Part shown: positions 27,099-37,946 of the stretch, piece after piece | Layout of the letters: the number at the start of each line of letters is the position of its first letter | Position numbering within the stretch: the first letter of the stretch is position 1 | Assembly (NCBI GenBank): GCA_001770205.1 | Contig: MEQL01000044.1 | Coordinates: 1 to 64,000 of the forward strand | Direction: 5' to 3' | Source of the DNA: Bdellovibrionales bacterium RIFOXYD12_FULL_39_22 | Lineage (GTDB): Bacteria > Bdellovibrionota > Bacteriovoracia > Bacteriovoracales > Bacteriovoracaceae | Length of the DNA stretch: 64,000 bases | The notes under the pieces: model-generated | Seen by the model: only the letters and a program-made list of their open reading frames with translations | Told to the model about the DNA's origin: nothing | The model's database searches: none | Translations under genes and position numbers: made by a program

Positions 27099-28631
27099 CT
27101 ATCTGCGCTCTTCTTTAAAAATTCCCGAGGCCTTAAAATTGGCCAGTGTAACGGCCGTGATAATGAAAAAAATCATTATCGCAATGCTACTGGCCATACC
27201 AAAATGTTGGCCCATGCCACCTTCGAAGGCCAATTTATAGGTGTAGGAAATTAATATATCCGTTTCTCCGGCCGCGGTAGTTGCGCCGGCAATGGGTGGC
27301 CCGCCACCGGTTAGTAGATATATGCCAACAAAATTATTAAAGTTGAAGGCAAAAGAACCAACCAAAAAAGGGGCGATGGCAGAAAAAATCATAGGAAGAG
27401 TAATTGATTTAAAAGTTGCAAAACGGCCAGCACCGTCCATCTTGGCCGCTTCATAAACACTTTCGGGAACAGATTGTAAAATTCCCGTGGTAACCAAAAA
27501 CATATAAGGAAAACCTAGCCACAAATTAACCATCAGACAGCTTACTTTTGCCCAAAGGGGATCTCCCAACCAATTTATCTTATCTGTGATACCAGCAAAG
27601 GCCAGCATTTCATTGATGATTCCAAAATCTTTATTCAACATTCCCTTAAAAACCAACATGGAGATAAAAAAGGGAATAGAGTAGGGAATGATGAGCAATA
27701 CGCGATAGACTGCCCGCAAGGCCAGTTTTTTGCTGTTAACAACAAGTGCCAGTAACATGCCCAGGCAGAAGGAGGTAAAAACACTTAATAAGGCCCAGAG
27801 GAAGGTCCAAATAAAAATTTGAATAAAAGGGCCGCGTAATCCTTGATCATTTAGTAAATTTTTGAAGTTACTAATGCCAACAGAGACATAAAATCCGGGA
27901 ACTAAGTGTTCTTTGTTATCAGAGGTATAAAATCCTGTTTGATAGTTAGGAGTATATACTTTATTGGTAATAAGATCTTTCAAGGCCTCGCTATTTTCCA
28001 TGGGAGCATAACGATAAATAAGTGGTGCCAAGAGATTGGTGCGAAAATATTTAACGATGGATCCGCTTGGTAAAATAAAATCAATCAAGGCCAGCTCATT
28101 TCGTAAATTGTAAATATCTCCTCGAGAAAGTGGCGTTTTGTTGGCGGCAATGGCCTGGTTGGCCACTGTTTCAGCGAGGTTAATATTTTGCGCCTTGCCA
28201 GTTAATACAAAGGCGGTACTCCATTTACCTTCTATTTCTAGAAGATAGCTTTCGGTAGAACTATCTTTGGCAAGAGTATATTGAAAAGTAGAGGGGGTAT
28301 TTTCGCTGGAGGGAGGAACATATACTTCGTTAGTCAAAATTTCGTACACCTGTTTTTGGGAGAGAAAGTGGCCGGTGCTTAGATTGGTAAATCCGATATA
28401 GACTGTAAAAATGATGGGAATTACCATGAATAAAGAAAAAGTTAAAAGGCCAGGGTACATAAATCGGAAAGGGTAGGCCTTGGGATTTATAAAAATAATT
28501 CCAGTTAAAACGATGACTACTAGTGAGATCACTCCGATTAATAAGTGTCCGCCATTGAAAAACATTGTGCAAAGATAAATACCTGCGAAATAGAGAATGG
28601 ATAAAATAGACCAAAGGATTGCTTTAACCAT
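27099..28631 (-). CDS. malF: Maltose/maltodextrin ABC permease with P2 loop
   Basis: FTVYIGFTN, a large periplasmic loop, NLWLGFPYM, YEAAKMDGA, FAFNFNNF and AGETDILISYTY. Confidence 0.9.
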   Translation of the reverse strand: MVKAILWSILSILYFAGIYLCTMFFNGGHLLIGVISLVVIVLTGIIFINPKAYPFRFMYPGLLTFSLFMVIPIIFTVYIGFTNLSTGHFLSQKQVYEILTNEVYVPPSSENTPSTFQYTLAKDSSTESYLLEIEGKWSTAFVLTGKAQNINLAETVANQAIAANKTPLSRGDIYNLRNELALIDFILPSGSIVKYFRTNLLAPLIYRYAPMENSEALKDLITNKVYTPNYQTGFYTSDNKEHLVPGFYVSVGISNFKNLLNDQGLRGPFIQIFIWTFLWALLSVFTSFCLGMLLALVVNSKKLALRAVYRVLLIIPYSIPFFISMLVFKGMLNKDFGIINEMLAFAGITDKINWLGDPLWAKVSCLMVNLWLGFPYMFLVTTGILQSVPESVYEAAKMDGAGRFATFKSITLPMIFSAIAPFLVGSFAFNFNNFVGIYLLTGGGPPIAGATTAAGETDILISYTYKLAFEGGMGQHFGMASSIAIMIFFIITAVTLANFKASGIFKEERR

Positions 28632-30123
28632 TAGGATTTTTTCTCCCACAATCGAGGGTAATATGTCTGAAGGTATTCAGATCGTCCTGTTTTAGCATAT
28701 CCCATGTGAAACGCCAAAGCCAGTTGTTCTCAGGAGTGCCGGGACGATTGAAGCGTGCTTCGCTGCCTAGTCCCATAATATCTTGGATGGGGGTTATGGA
28801 AGTATCGGCACGAGAGTACATGGCCAGACGAATTAGATCCCAGTTGATCCAGTGGAGAGTGTTAGTTTGTAGATAAGCGTGCGTGAAGCTTTTTTCCAGA
28901 GTGTTTGGTAGTCCCCAAAAATATCCCACAGAGGTATCGTTATCATGAGTGGCAGTATATATTACACAATTTTCTCGAATATTGTGTGGAAGATGGGCAT
29001 TTTGATCCCCAGAGCCAAAGGCCATTTGTAATACGGCCATACCGGGAAGATTAAAGCGATCACGCAGGTGACGAACTTCTGGAGTAATTGTTCCTAAATC
29101 CTCCACAATAATGGGGAGATCTCCCATGCGATGAAAGAGTGTTTCAAAAAGATGGTGGCCGGGAGTATATGACCACCAACCGTGAATAGCGTTGGGCGCG
29201 GCACTATGCACTTCCCAAATTGCTTCAAAGCCACGAAAATGGTCCAGGCGAATAATATCACAATATTTTAGCATAAATTCGATGCGAGAGATCCACCATG
29301 AAAAGCCATCGAATTCCATAATGTGCCAGTTGTAGTTGGGATTTCCCCATTTTTGTCCAACGGCACTGAAAATATCTGGGGCCGCCCCCACTTCAATATC
29401 ATAGTTGCCATTGATATCAATTTTAAACCACTGGGGGTTTTTCCAAATGTCCATGCTATGGTGGGCCAAAAAGATGGGAATATCCCCTACAATTTTAATC
29501 CCATTTTGATTGGCGTATTGTTTTAATTCATTCCATTGGCGAAAAAAGAGAAATTGTAAAAATTTATAAAAGCGAATTTGATCACCATATTTATTTTCAA
29601 AGAGCTCTAATGCAAAGGAGTTGCGATTTTTTAAAGTCTCAGGCCACTTAGTCCAGTTAGTTTTATAAAATTTAGAAATAACTTGAAACAAGGCCAGATC
29701 ATGTAGCCATTTTTTTTCTTCAACTTCAAAGCGAGAAAATTCCTGATTGAGCTTGGTATTTTTCTTAAAACGCAAGTAGGCCCGCTTTAATAAAGAGATT
29801 TTATATTTTTCCGTTGCCACGAAATCGACTTTGTGAGGATTGAAGTTAGGAACTTGAGCGATATCTTCTTGGGCCAAAAGGCCCATCTCAAATAATTTAT
29901 CAGGGGCAATTAAAAGGTGATATCCGCCAAATGCCGAAATTCCAGAGTAGGGGCATCCATTGGGATCGGCCACTCCGAAAGGTAAAATTTGCCAATAGGT
30001 TTGATGATTATTTTTTAGAGTATCGATAAATTTATAAGCGTTATTCCCCATATCTCCAATACCGTATTGAGAGGGGAGGGCCGTGATATGTACTAAAACT
30101 CCTGATCTTCTTGGAAATTTCAT
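28624..30123 (-). CDS. malQ: 4-alpha-glucanotransferase (amylomaltase, GH77)
   Basis: RRSGVLVHITALP, WQILP, GDIPIF, GQKWGNP, RLDHFRGF, EDLG and YTATHDNDT. Confidence 0.93.
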   Translation of the reverse strand: MKFPRRSGVLVHITALPSQYGIGDMGNNAYKFIDTLKNNHQTYWQILPFGVADPNGCPYSGISAFGGYHLLIAPDKLFEMGLLAQEDIAQVPNFNPHKVDFVATEKYKISLLKRAYLRFKKNTKLNQEFSRFEVEEKKWLHDLALFQVISKFYKTNWTKWPETLKNRNSFALELFENKYGDQIRFYKFLQFLFFRQWNELKQYANQNGIKIVGDIPIFLAHHSMDIWKNPQWFKIDINGNYDIEVGAAPDIFSAVGQKWGNPNYNWHIMEFDGFSWWISRIEFMLKYCDIIRLDHFRGFEAIWEVHSAAPNAIHGWWSYTPGHHLFETLFHRMGDLPIIVEDLGTITPEVRHLRDRFNLPGMAVLQMAFGSGDQNAHLPHNIRENCVIYTATHDNDTSVGYFWGLPNTLEKSFTHAYLQTNTLHWINWDLIRLAMYSRADTSITPIQDIMGLGSEARFNRPGTPENNWLWRFTWDMLKQDDLNTFRHITLDCGRKNPNG

Positions 30124-30161
30124 TGCAATTTTTATCCTGTTTGATTCCGAATGAAGGACGT

Positions 30162-33026
30162 TTATTCTTTTGAAACGAGAGTATACTTGAAATCACGTAG
30201 ATTAAAAAGAAATTTATATTTTCCCTTAGATAAATTGACTCGAACGTTGGCCATTCCTGGTTGGTAAGAGAGTTGGCCGGATGAAGATGTTTTCTGTTGA
30301 TTAATCAAGTTGGCGCTTGCCTGGCCAATTTCTATTTGCCAATCTGCCGATGCTAGCTTGAACTCATAATCGCCGGCCGATGATACTTCGAAATCTACCG
30401 AATACAACTCTCCACGCGAGGAACTAGTCTGTAGACGGAATTCTTCTTGTGTCTGCCAGTTGTTAAAAGTGCCACGCAAGTAAAGAGGGGTATTAATAGT
30501 GCCATCTCGCGATTTAACAAAAATCGAAATTGAGGGGCCTTTGCTTCTTATTTGATTATTTTTGCCACTCTCATAACTAATTATATTGGTGAATTGGTTG
30601 CTTGCTCCTCCGTAAATCATGGATGAAGAGTTGATTAATTCGGTCCACCATCCATTTATTGAAGGAAAGTTAATCCAAACCCCACATTGATCATATCCAA
30701 AGTTGGCCACTACAAAGTAGTCACGATCGCCAGAAGTTAGTTGATAAGTTAGGATAGAGTTATAGTGAATTGCGGAGTTGAAGGCATTTGCTTTATTAAT
30801 TTCAGGGTTTTCAATGCGAAAGCGAATCATCTGTTTAAAGAAGTTGTAATATCCCGCAAATAGCGCCTGTTCTTCTGCCGTCAAAAAAGATAGACGCTGA
30901 TCACTACTTGGGTTGAGAAATTCCCAAGGCATTTTATGTGATCCCACGTAGCGGTTGATGTCGACATTTTTGCTTGGGAAAGCGTTACCCTGCTTAGCAT
31001 CGACATATTGCCATTCATTTTCAATATTGATGTCGTTGGCCATTTCTTCACCCTGAAAAAAAAGAATGGCCCCAGGTTTGGTAAAGAGCACCCCATAGGC
31101 CAATTTTCCTAGGGCATGAGTAAAGTCATTATGAACGGCACGAAAGTTTACGGTAGTATTGGAAGGGTCTTCTAAAGGGCGAACTCGTAAAAAAGAGTTA
31201 TTACCGTCCCATTCGTAGGCACTATAGTCTGAGACAATACGAACAATGGGATTTTTATTTCCAATAAAATCATGACTGCCCAAATAGTTTACCGTAGTAA
31301 TCGGCAGACCGAAGTTAAGTTCGTGGCCATTCTCCCAATGATTGCTATAGCCGATTATTGAACTGGCCAGCGGGGTCAAATTTACGCTGCGATTTTTTTG
31401 GCGATAAGAAGATAGTTCAAATTCAAAAAAGTTTTTAAATTTATCGTTCCATTGCGAATCAAATCCCATCCCCCCCTTGCCTAGCGCAGTGGTGGCCCAA
31501 ATGTTATTTGGAAGTTCTTCCGCAGAAAGATAAATGGAAGGATGTACCACTTTAAGAAGGTAATTTAGTTCTTGTAAAAAGCGATAGGCATTCTCATCAT
31601 TACGATAGATATACTTGATCATATCAAAACGGAGGCCATCAAGGTGGTAGTCGGCCACCTGTGAGATTATAGAATCTGCTATCCATTTACGTACCATTAT
31701 CATTTCATAGCGCGGGCGAGGCCCCCAGTCTGTGTTGCCATCAAAAAATTTAGAACGTGCCACGGTTTGGGAGAGTGGATCACGAATTAATGCGTTATTG
31801 ATATGATTGATCACGATATCAAAAATTATGCGAAGTCCGCGCGCATGAGCATTATCAACAAGATTTTTTAATTCATCTTCGCTACCGTAATTGGGTTGGG
31901 TTAGGGTTAATGAATCAAGCGCATAGCCCCAGGAGGCATAGAAACGATTTTCATTAAGAGGAAGAAATTCGATGGCCGTTACACCCAGATCATCGAGGTA
32001 ATCCAATCTAGTATTTACATCATTGTAGGTTCCGGGAAGATATGAATTATTTTTCTTCTGTGGATTGAAAGTGAGCGTCCATAGTTGATAGATGATCCAA
32101 TTATTATAGTCAGATAAATTGGGGGGCAGCATTACATAGTCATAATTCCATCGGTAGTTTGAATTTATAGAGACGATGGCCCGCGGATTGATGTAACCGT
32201 TGTGTTGTCCACCTTTGGCATCGTATTCGATTTTACGGGCCATTGGATCAATCTTTGTTGGGCTTACGATATTTCCGTTGGCAACTTCAATTTGCTCATA
32301 CTTTCCGTTTTTTACAAATTGATAGTGATAGCGGTGACCTAATTGAGAGTTGGGGACATAAAGCGAGTGCAGACGGCGAGGATTGTTTAGTTCGGCATTG
32401 GCGGCCAAAAGGAGAGGATTTTCTGAAGAATTATGCAAAAAAAGATGCACCTCTTGGGCATATGGCTCCCATATCTTATAGTAGACTCCACCGTTAATTA
32501 CGGCCGTTGCCCCCATTGGCCCTAAGTGAATCCATTTGCTGTCGTCCATCGTGCGCAATAGACGATTAAAGGGTACGAGTGAGTTTTCAACTTCAGTAAA
32601 AAAGTAAGGCCCATTTCCACTATAGTCGTCAAAGCGGATAACGTATTTTATATCGGCGGCATTATTTAAATCCAATCCCTCTGCGCGAGCACCAAACCAG
32701 CAGTAATCTTCTAGGGGGAGGCCATATAAAATTCCCCATTCTGTCGATAGATTTTTGGTAGATAATCGAGTAAAGGTGAAATTTTTTCCACTAGCAGTTA
32801 CAATAGTGGCCTCTTTGATGGAATTACAAACAGATTTATGTAGCCTAAAGCGTTGAACAAAACCATCGTCAATCAATTTTAAATAGTAACTGGAATCGTC
32901 AGTGTAAAAGGCAGTTTTCCAATCAACTTCGGCAGTGGCGAAATTTAAAATTGCAGAAAAAATAAACAATGCGGTAAGTGTAATAACTCGACGGATGGTG
33001 GGGAGTAAGATTTTTTGTTGGCCCAT
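30162..33026 (-). CDS. Secreted multidomain GH13 alpha-glucan hydrolase (CBM48-like, catalytic and C-terminal carbohydrate-binding-like domains)
   Basis: LGVTAIEFLP, WGY, DIVINH, GLRFDM, AEE, SHD and FQGEE motifs; PLYLRGTFNNW...YEFKLASADW C-terminal module; signal-like N-terminus. Confidence 0.8.
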   Translation of the reverse strand: MGQQKILLPTIRRVITLTALFIFSAILNFATAEVDWKTAFYTDDSSYYLKLIDDGFVQRFRLHKSVCNSIKEATIVTASGKNFTFTRLSTKNLSTEWGILYGLPLEDYCWFGARAEGLDLNNAADIKYVIRFDDYSGNGPYFFTEVENSLVPFNRLLRTMDDSKWIHLGPMGATAVINGGVYYKIWEPYAQEVHLFLHNSSENPLLLAANAELNNPRRLHSLYVPNSQLGHRYHYQFVKNGKYEQIEVANGNIVSPTKIDPMARKIEYDAKGGQHNGYINPRAIVSINSNYRWNYDYVMLPPNLSDYNNWIIYQLWTLTFNPQKKNNSYLPGTYNDVNTRLDYLDDLGVTAIEFLPLNENRFYASWGYALDSLTLTQPNYGSEDELKNLVDNAHARGLRIIFDIVINHINNALIRDPLSQTVARSKFFDGNTDWGPRPRYEMIMVRKWIADSIISQVADYHLDGLRFDMIKYIYRNDENAYRFLQELNYLLKVVHPSIYLSAEELPNNIWATTALGKGGMGFDSQWNDKFKNFFEFELSSYRQKNRSVNLTPLASSIIGYSNHWENGHELNFGLPITTVNYLGSHDFIGNKNPIVRIVSDYSAYEWDGNNSFLRVRPLEDPSNTTVNFRAVHNDFTHALGKLAYGVLFTKPGAILFFQGEEMANDINIENEWQYVDAKQGNAFPSKNVDINRYVGSHKMPWEFLNPSSDQRLSFLTAEEQALFAGYYNFFKQMIRFRIENPEINKANAFNSAIHYNSILTYQLTSGDRDYFVVANFGYDQCGVWINFPSINGWWTELINSSSMIYGGASNQFTNIISYESGKNNQIRSKGPSISIFVKSRDGTINTPLYLRGTFNNWQTQEEFRLQTSSSRGELYSVDFEVSSAGDYEFKLASADWQIEIGQASANLINQQKTSSSGQLSYQPGMANVRVNLSKGKYKFLFNLRDFKYTLVSKE

Positions 33027-33197
33027 TCAACTTTCCTACAGCACACAAGATAAGAACAAATGTAATGAAAAAAATGCCACCGATATTATCCATTGGACTT
33101 TTTATAGATGTCATCAAAATATTATACTCATTTAATCTTTTAATGAAGATGTTAGAAGATGTAAGAAAGCGAGGGCAGTTTATGGATGTTTTTTTTC

Positions 33198-34394
33198 TTA
33201 TTGCGCCTTGGCCACTGCGCTATAAATCTGCTGGCGTGCAACTTTTAACGCTTCTTCTGGGGTAGATTGGCCACTTACAATCAGATTTAGTGCAGATCCC
33301 ATTGATCCCCACACCGCACCCATTTGCGGAACATTCGGCATGGGGATACCGTTTTCTGCACTCTTCATGAAATTTAATAGATCAGGATCATCTTTGGAGA
33401 GTTGAGCAATGGCATCACTGCGACTAGGGCCGCGAGGATCATTTTTATATAAACTGACAATTCCTTCAAAAGAGACCAGATAGTTTTCAATGAATTCTTT
33501 GGCCAATTCGCGATTAGCACTAGATCTTCGCACTATAAAACCATGCGAGCCAACAAAGGGGCGGGCCACCATGCCGTTGAGTGACGGAATCGGAGCGATA
33601 CCGTATTTGATATTGCTTTTTCGCATGTCAGAAAGAGACCAGGGGCCATCTATAGTGGCCGCCAATGATCCGGCCTTCATTTTATCAAAAGCTATGCTGC
33701 GATCAGTGGAAGGAGGAATGATTCCCTCTTTAACCAGATAGCTAATAAATTTTGCTCCGGCCAAGGTGCCGGGGTTGTCTAGACCGATATCGGTAACATC
33801 TAAAGAACCGGATCGATCCTTAAAGATGTATCCACCATTGGAGGCCAAAATGGGAAAGGAAAAGAAAAAATTATTTAAGTCATAAAGGAATCCATATTGA
33901 TTTTTTCCGTTGTTGTTAATCTCTTTTGCTAGTTTGGCCAGTGCTTCTAAGGAAGTAGGAACATTGGGGAGTAGCGCTTTATTATAAATTAAGGCCACCG
34001 CCTCTAAATCGTAGGGGTAGCCAAAGAGTTTACCATTATAGGTGAACGCATTTAGGGCAACAGGTAGAAATTGGTTTTTTAAAGAGGGAGGCAGAGTAAT
34101 TGGTTCAATTAGCCCTGATTCTGCCAGCTCCCCTATTACGTCATGGGCCCAACAAAGAATGTCCGGCCCTTTGCTTGTTAGTGCCGCAGTTTTGAATTGT
34201 GTGGTTAGATCCTTGTTTAAAACATTAACTTCTACTTTTGTCTGATACTCTTTTTCAAACTGCGCGGCCATGGATAGGATGGCCTTCTTTACGTTTTCGT
34301 TAGAGGTCCAGATCGATAGTGTTTTTTCCAAAGCGCAAAGAGGTGTTACGTAAAGCATCACCGCTGGTAAAATGAGGGATAGTAGCTTTTTCAT
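33198..34394 (-). CDS. malE: Maltose/maltodextrin-binding protein
   Basis: GPDILCWAHD, EAVALIYNK, IDGPW, PFVG, AKEFIENYL and MPNVPQMGAVW. Confidence 0.9.
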   Translation of the reverse strand: MKKLLSLILPAVMLYVTPLCALEKTLSIWTSNENVKKAILSMAAQFEKEYQTKVEVNVLNKDLTTQFKTAALTSKGPDILCWAHDVIGELAESGLIEPITLPPSLKNQFLPVALNAFTYNGKLFGYPYDLEAVALIYNKALLPNVPTSLEALAKLAKEINNNGKNQYGFLYDLNNFFFSFPILASNGGYIFKDRSGSLDVTDIGLDNPGTLAGAKFISYLVKEGIIPPSTDRSIAFDKMKAGSLAATIDGPWSLSDMRKSNIKYGIAPIPSLNGMVARPFVGSHGFIVRRSSANRELAKEFIENYLVSFEGIVSLYKNDPRGPSRSDAIAQLSKDDPDLLNFMKSAENGIPMPNVPQMGAVWGSMGSALNLIVSGQSTPEEALKVARQQIYSAVAKAQ

Positions 34395-34397
34395 TGG

Positions 34398-35441
34398 TTA
34401 CTCCAGATTTTTAGTTAAAAGTAAAATGGCCGCGCCAATGACTCCGGCGGAGTCTCCTAGCTTATGCTGATAAATAAGAGGTTTCGATTGAGGAAGAAAG
34501 GTGGAATCCCATAACCTTTTTTGTCCTTCATTATAAAGTAGTGGTTGATTGCTAACGCCACCTCCCAATACAAAGTAGTCAGGATCAAAAATGGAGGTCA
34601 GGTTACGTAAAAAAATTGCCAGATTGTTGAGGTAAAAATCACGAACTTCCTGAGCGACAGTTGAAACATTGTCGGAAAAAATTTCTGCGGATTTGGCCTT
34701 GATATTGGATCTTTCAAAATAGATGGCCTCCATGGCCGGGCCAGAAAGATATTGTTCCGCACAGCCAAAGTTTCCACAATAACATTTTTGGCCGCCAGGA
34801 ACAAGCGTAGTGTGTCCAACTTCACCACCACCCCCAAAGCGTCCGGAGAGAATTTTTCCATCAACGATAATTCCTCCGCCAACTCCTGTACCTAAAATAA
34901 TACCAATGCCAACTTGCTGAGAAATTTTTAGGCCAGAATGGGCGTAAAAATCATGGCCTACTCCACACATCACTTCAGAAAGCGCAAAACAGGAAGCATC
35001 ATTTTCTAAGTGAATACGGGGAGTGCTTGCAAGAAGCTGACAGAGATCATAGGTAAAATTTTGATTAATAAAAATTTGAGAGTTGCCATTTAACATGATC
35101 TGTTTTTCTGGGTCAATAGTACCAGGCATGCCGGCGCCAATTCCGAGTAAATCATCTATTTGTAGAGAAGTTTGCTCGCAAAGCGACTTGATAAGGCCTG
35201 CAATATCTTTCATTACCGGCATATATCCGCGATCGCGTTCGGTGGGGATGCGTTTTCTGATGATAATTTCTCCCCATAGCTTGTCGTTAGTCTTTAAAAA
35301 TTCGGAAGGGATAGGGAAATAAGACCGGCCATGAGAAGAGAGGGTATTTTTTGTGTCAGAGGATATTTTAATGATTACCCCTTCTACTTTTGTTCCACCA
35401 ATATCTAATCCCAATAAAAATTTTTCTTGCCCTTTTTTCAT
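34398..35441 (-). CDS. ROK family sugar kinase
   Basis: GLDIGGTK, ENDASCFALSE, ILGTGVGGG, GEVGH and CYCGNFGCAE; no HTH. Confidence 0.88.
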   Translation of the reverse strand: MKKGQEKFLLGLDIGGTKVEGVIIKISSDTKNTLSSHGRSYFPIPSEFLKTNDKLWGEIIIRKRIPTERDRGYMPVMKDIAGLIKSLCEQTSLQIDDLLGIGAGMPGTIDPEKQIMLNGNSQIFINQNFTYDLCQLLASTPRIHLENDASCFALSEVMCGVGHDFYAHSGLKISQQVGIGIILGTGVGGGIIVDGKILSGRFGGGGEVGHTTLVPGGQKCYCGNFGCAEQYLSGPAMEAIYFERSNIKAKSAEIFSDNVSTVAQEVRDFYLNNLAIFLRNLTSIFDPDYFVLGGGVSNQPLLYNEGQKRLWDSTFLPQSKPLIYQHKLGDSAGVIGAAILLLTKNLE

Positions 35442-35651
35442 GAAACAACCCTCGGATGGCCTTATTTTGTGATTGCAAAATTGCTGACTATTTAAACAGG
35501 TTAATGGGTGGTTGCCAATATCAAAGTTGCAAGATATTCTTTTTTTGAAAAAGTAAATGCCACAGTAGAAAGTTGGCCCACAAGAACTAATCTGATGGAT
35601 TTGCGACTAGTTGCATATAATGTGAAGTGAATATTTTAGGGAGAGGACAAA

Positions 35652-36503
35652 ATGAAAATTTATTGGTGGGTGATAATGATGTTTTTCGTGACGACACTGT
35701 CGTTTAGTTTTTATGGCGCTGAAGGGGGAGAAAAAAAAGAGAGTAGTTCAGTAGTCGGCAACTATTATCTGAAATTTTCTTCAGGATATGCGGTTACCTC
35801 GTGGGAAAATTCGCCTATAACGGTGGATCAAAAATATTTGGCTCCCCCCATATTTCGACTAGATCTAGGTGGGGTGGCCGAGATTTATGAGTTTCGCTAC
35901 AGCGCTGGATATGTGCGTGGAATGGGCGCTATTATCTCCAGCGATCAGATGCTTCATATGAATTTAAAGATCGTTACCCTTGCTGCTGGGGGGGAAATAG
36001 TTTGGCCTACCGCTAGTGATGAAAGTAAGCTTAAAGATACTCAATATTATCGTGGTTCTTTGGGGTTTGTGGGGAGAGTCACTGTTGATTTATTGCTGGC
36101 AGATATTTATGCGGAGTATCGCCAGCGCACTCTTTCTGATACGCCACTAATTAAAATTGAAGGAATTGAAACAAGTATTGGCCACGAGTATGATCGCTTC
36201 ACCAAATTGGGAGCAACTTTCTCGTTACTGGGTTTAAAAGCGTTGGGAGAGGTTACTTGGATTAAATTGGGCAATACCGCCATTTTATCTAAGGAGTTTT
36301 CAACAACATTGCCAGAAGATGATATCTTTCGCATCACTTTAGGGGGAGGGTTATCTATTGGCAGAATAGAATTATTAATTAAATATCAGCGACTGTTGGA
36401 TATTGAAGATGAAGTGGCATATTTATATCAATCCACGCATCTATCTCCAGATTATCTTATGTCTAAAAATACTATTTTTGTGGAGGCAGTATGGAAATTT
36501 TAA
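35652..36503 (+). CDS. Hypothetical outer-membrane protein
   Basis: Signal peptide, beta-strand pattern and a terminal VEAVWKF. Confidence 0.6.
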   Translation: MKIYWWVIMMFFVTTLSFSFYGAEGGEKKESSSVVGNYYLKFSSGYAVTSWENSPITVDQKYLAPPIFRLDLGGVAEIYEFRYSAGYVRGMGAIISSDQMLHMNLKIVTLAAGGEIVWPTASDESKLKDTQYYRGSLGFVGRVTVDLLLADIYAEYRQRTLSDTPLIKIEGIETSIGHEYDRFTKLGATFSLLGLKALGEVTWIKLGNTAILSKEFSTTLPEDDIFRITLGGGLSIGRIELLIKYQRLLDIEDEVAYLYQSTHLSPDYLMSKNTIFVEAVWKF

Positions 36504-37363
36504 AAAAAGCTAGCAAGGCCCTGTTTTTTGCACTAATCCCACTACTTTTTACCACTTGTGGAGAAGAGACCATTGAGGTGGTGATAAAAATTAGAGTGGA
36601 TACTTTTATTAGTTCGGATTCGACGGCCAATCATGCATCTTTGAATTATTTGAGTGTGGATAAAACTGCAGAGCGAGAAGATCGGATTATTTTAAAATTG
36701 CCAACCACGGAAGAGGACTTTGATGAAGATAGTGAGTTAGATAAATGTTTTGAAGAGTTAAATGATAATCCGCTTGAGGTCACTTTTTCCATGTTCTGTG
36801 CAATTTATTTTATGCCATTGAAGGTTTTAACGGAGGTTCTAACCACCTGCGATTCGGCGATCTTGCAACCAGAAAATCTCTCTTCTGCAATATTAGTCTT
36901 AAATACGACGGATAGTAGTGCGGTGGCCTCCGGGGCGCTATCGATTAACTTATTATCAAGGCCTTGGTTTCATACCACTAATTGGACCTATGCCCATCCC
37001 TTTTCTGCCAAAGGAAGGTGGACTTCCGCTGGTGGCGATATTGATACCACTATTACTTTTGAGAATAACTGCACTGGTTTAAGTACGGGGTCTTGTGCGG
37101 CCGGAGAGATTAAATTTGAGGTAACTGATTATTTTAAAACCTTGATCCAAGATGATGAAAGCTTGCATTTTGGAATGTTGATTAAATCAACCGGGGATCA
37201 GAATTTGGCGAATATTCATTCCGCACAAACTTCGACAGAGTTAGGCCCACGGATTGTGGCCCAGTATACGGGTGATTGCTCGGATGGAAAAAAATCATTG
37301 CCGAAGGTTTACTATTTGGGCACACCGATCAGAAACCTTGAACAAGGCCGTAGTCAAAAGTAG
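36491..37363 (+). CDS. Lipoprotein with a DNRLRE-like domain
   Basis: LLFTTC lipobox-like signal; DTFISS, RIILKL, SSAILVL, PW..TTNW, WTSAGGD, FEVTDY and GPRIV pattern. Confidence 0.6.
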   Translation: MEILKKASKALFFALIPLLFTTCGEETIEVVIKIRVDTFISSDSTANHASLNYLSVDKTAEREDRIILKLPTTEEDFDEDSELDKCFEELNDNPLEVTFSMFCAIYFMPLKVLTEVLTTCDSAILQPENLSSAILVLNTTDSSAVASGALSINLLSRPWFHTTNWTYAHPFSAKGRWTSAGGDIDTTITFENNCTGLSTGSCAAGEIKFEVTDYFKTLIQDDESLHFGMLIKSTGDQNLANIHSAQTSTELGPRIVAQYTGDCSDGKKSLPKVYYLGTPIRNLEQGRSQK

Positions 37364-37373
37364 GATACCACTT

Positions 37374-37946
37374 ATGTTAGATTTTGATTCAATTTGGTCT
37401 TATGTTTTTCGCCGCAAGGAGAGCGAGGATAGTCAGGCACTGCGTGTTTTGGGGAGGGCCCTGGTTTTTGATGATCTATCTCGTTCTGATTTAAAAAAAA
37501 TATATCGCATTATTCATAAACGGGTTTATAAAAATGGTGAGATTGTTTTTACTGCTGGTGATCCGGGAGTGGGGATGTATGTTGTTTGGGAAGGTAATGT
37601 GGCGGTGGTGGTAACGGATGTTGATTCTGGTAGTGAGCAAGTTGTGGCACATCTGGGAGCAGGACAATCCTTTGGCGATGTTGCACTTTTTAGTAATTCA
37701 CAGCGCACGGCCACGATTAAGGCCATGTCGCCTACAATTTTGTTGGGATTTTGTCGGCCGGATTTAATGAATTTTATAAATAGTAATCCCATTTTGGGTA
37801 ATAAAATATTAATTAGATTGCTTACATTGGCCGGCAGTCGTTTGGACATTACTAATCAACAATTAAGCGAGGCCAAGAAAAAATTGACAGAGCAAAAGGC
37901 CCTGCTGGCATCACACGGCAGAGCAAAGGAAGAGTCTGGTGTATAG
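37374..37946 (+). CDS. Stand-alone cyclic-nucleotide-binding protein (no HTH)
   Basis: GEIVFTAGDPGVGMYVVWEGNV and FGDVALFSNSQRTATIKA. Start moved to ATG 37374. Confidence 0.85.
   Translation: MLDFDSIWSYVFRRKESEDSQALRVLGRALVFDDLSRSDLKKIYRIIHKRVYKNGEIVFTAGDPGVGMYVVWEGNVAVVVTDVDSGSEQVVAHLGAGQSFGDVALFSNSQRTATIKAMSPTILLGFCRPDLMNFINSNPILGNKILIRLLTLAGSRLDITNQQLSEAKKKLTEQKALLASHGRAKEESGV

Noticed and set aside
32923..33265. Short ORFs between malE and the GH13 gene
   Set aside because: They overlap real genes or run antisense, and have no recognisable motif.
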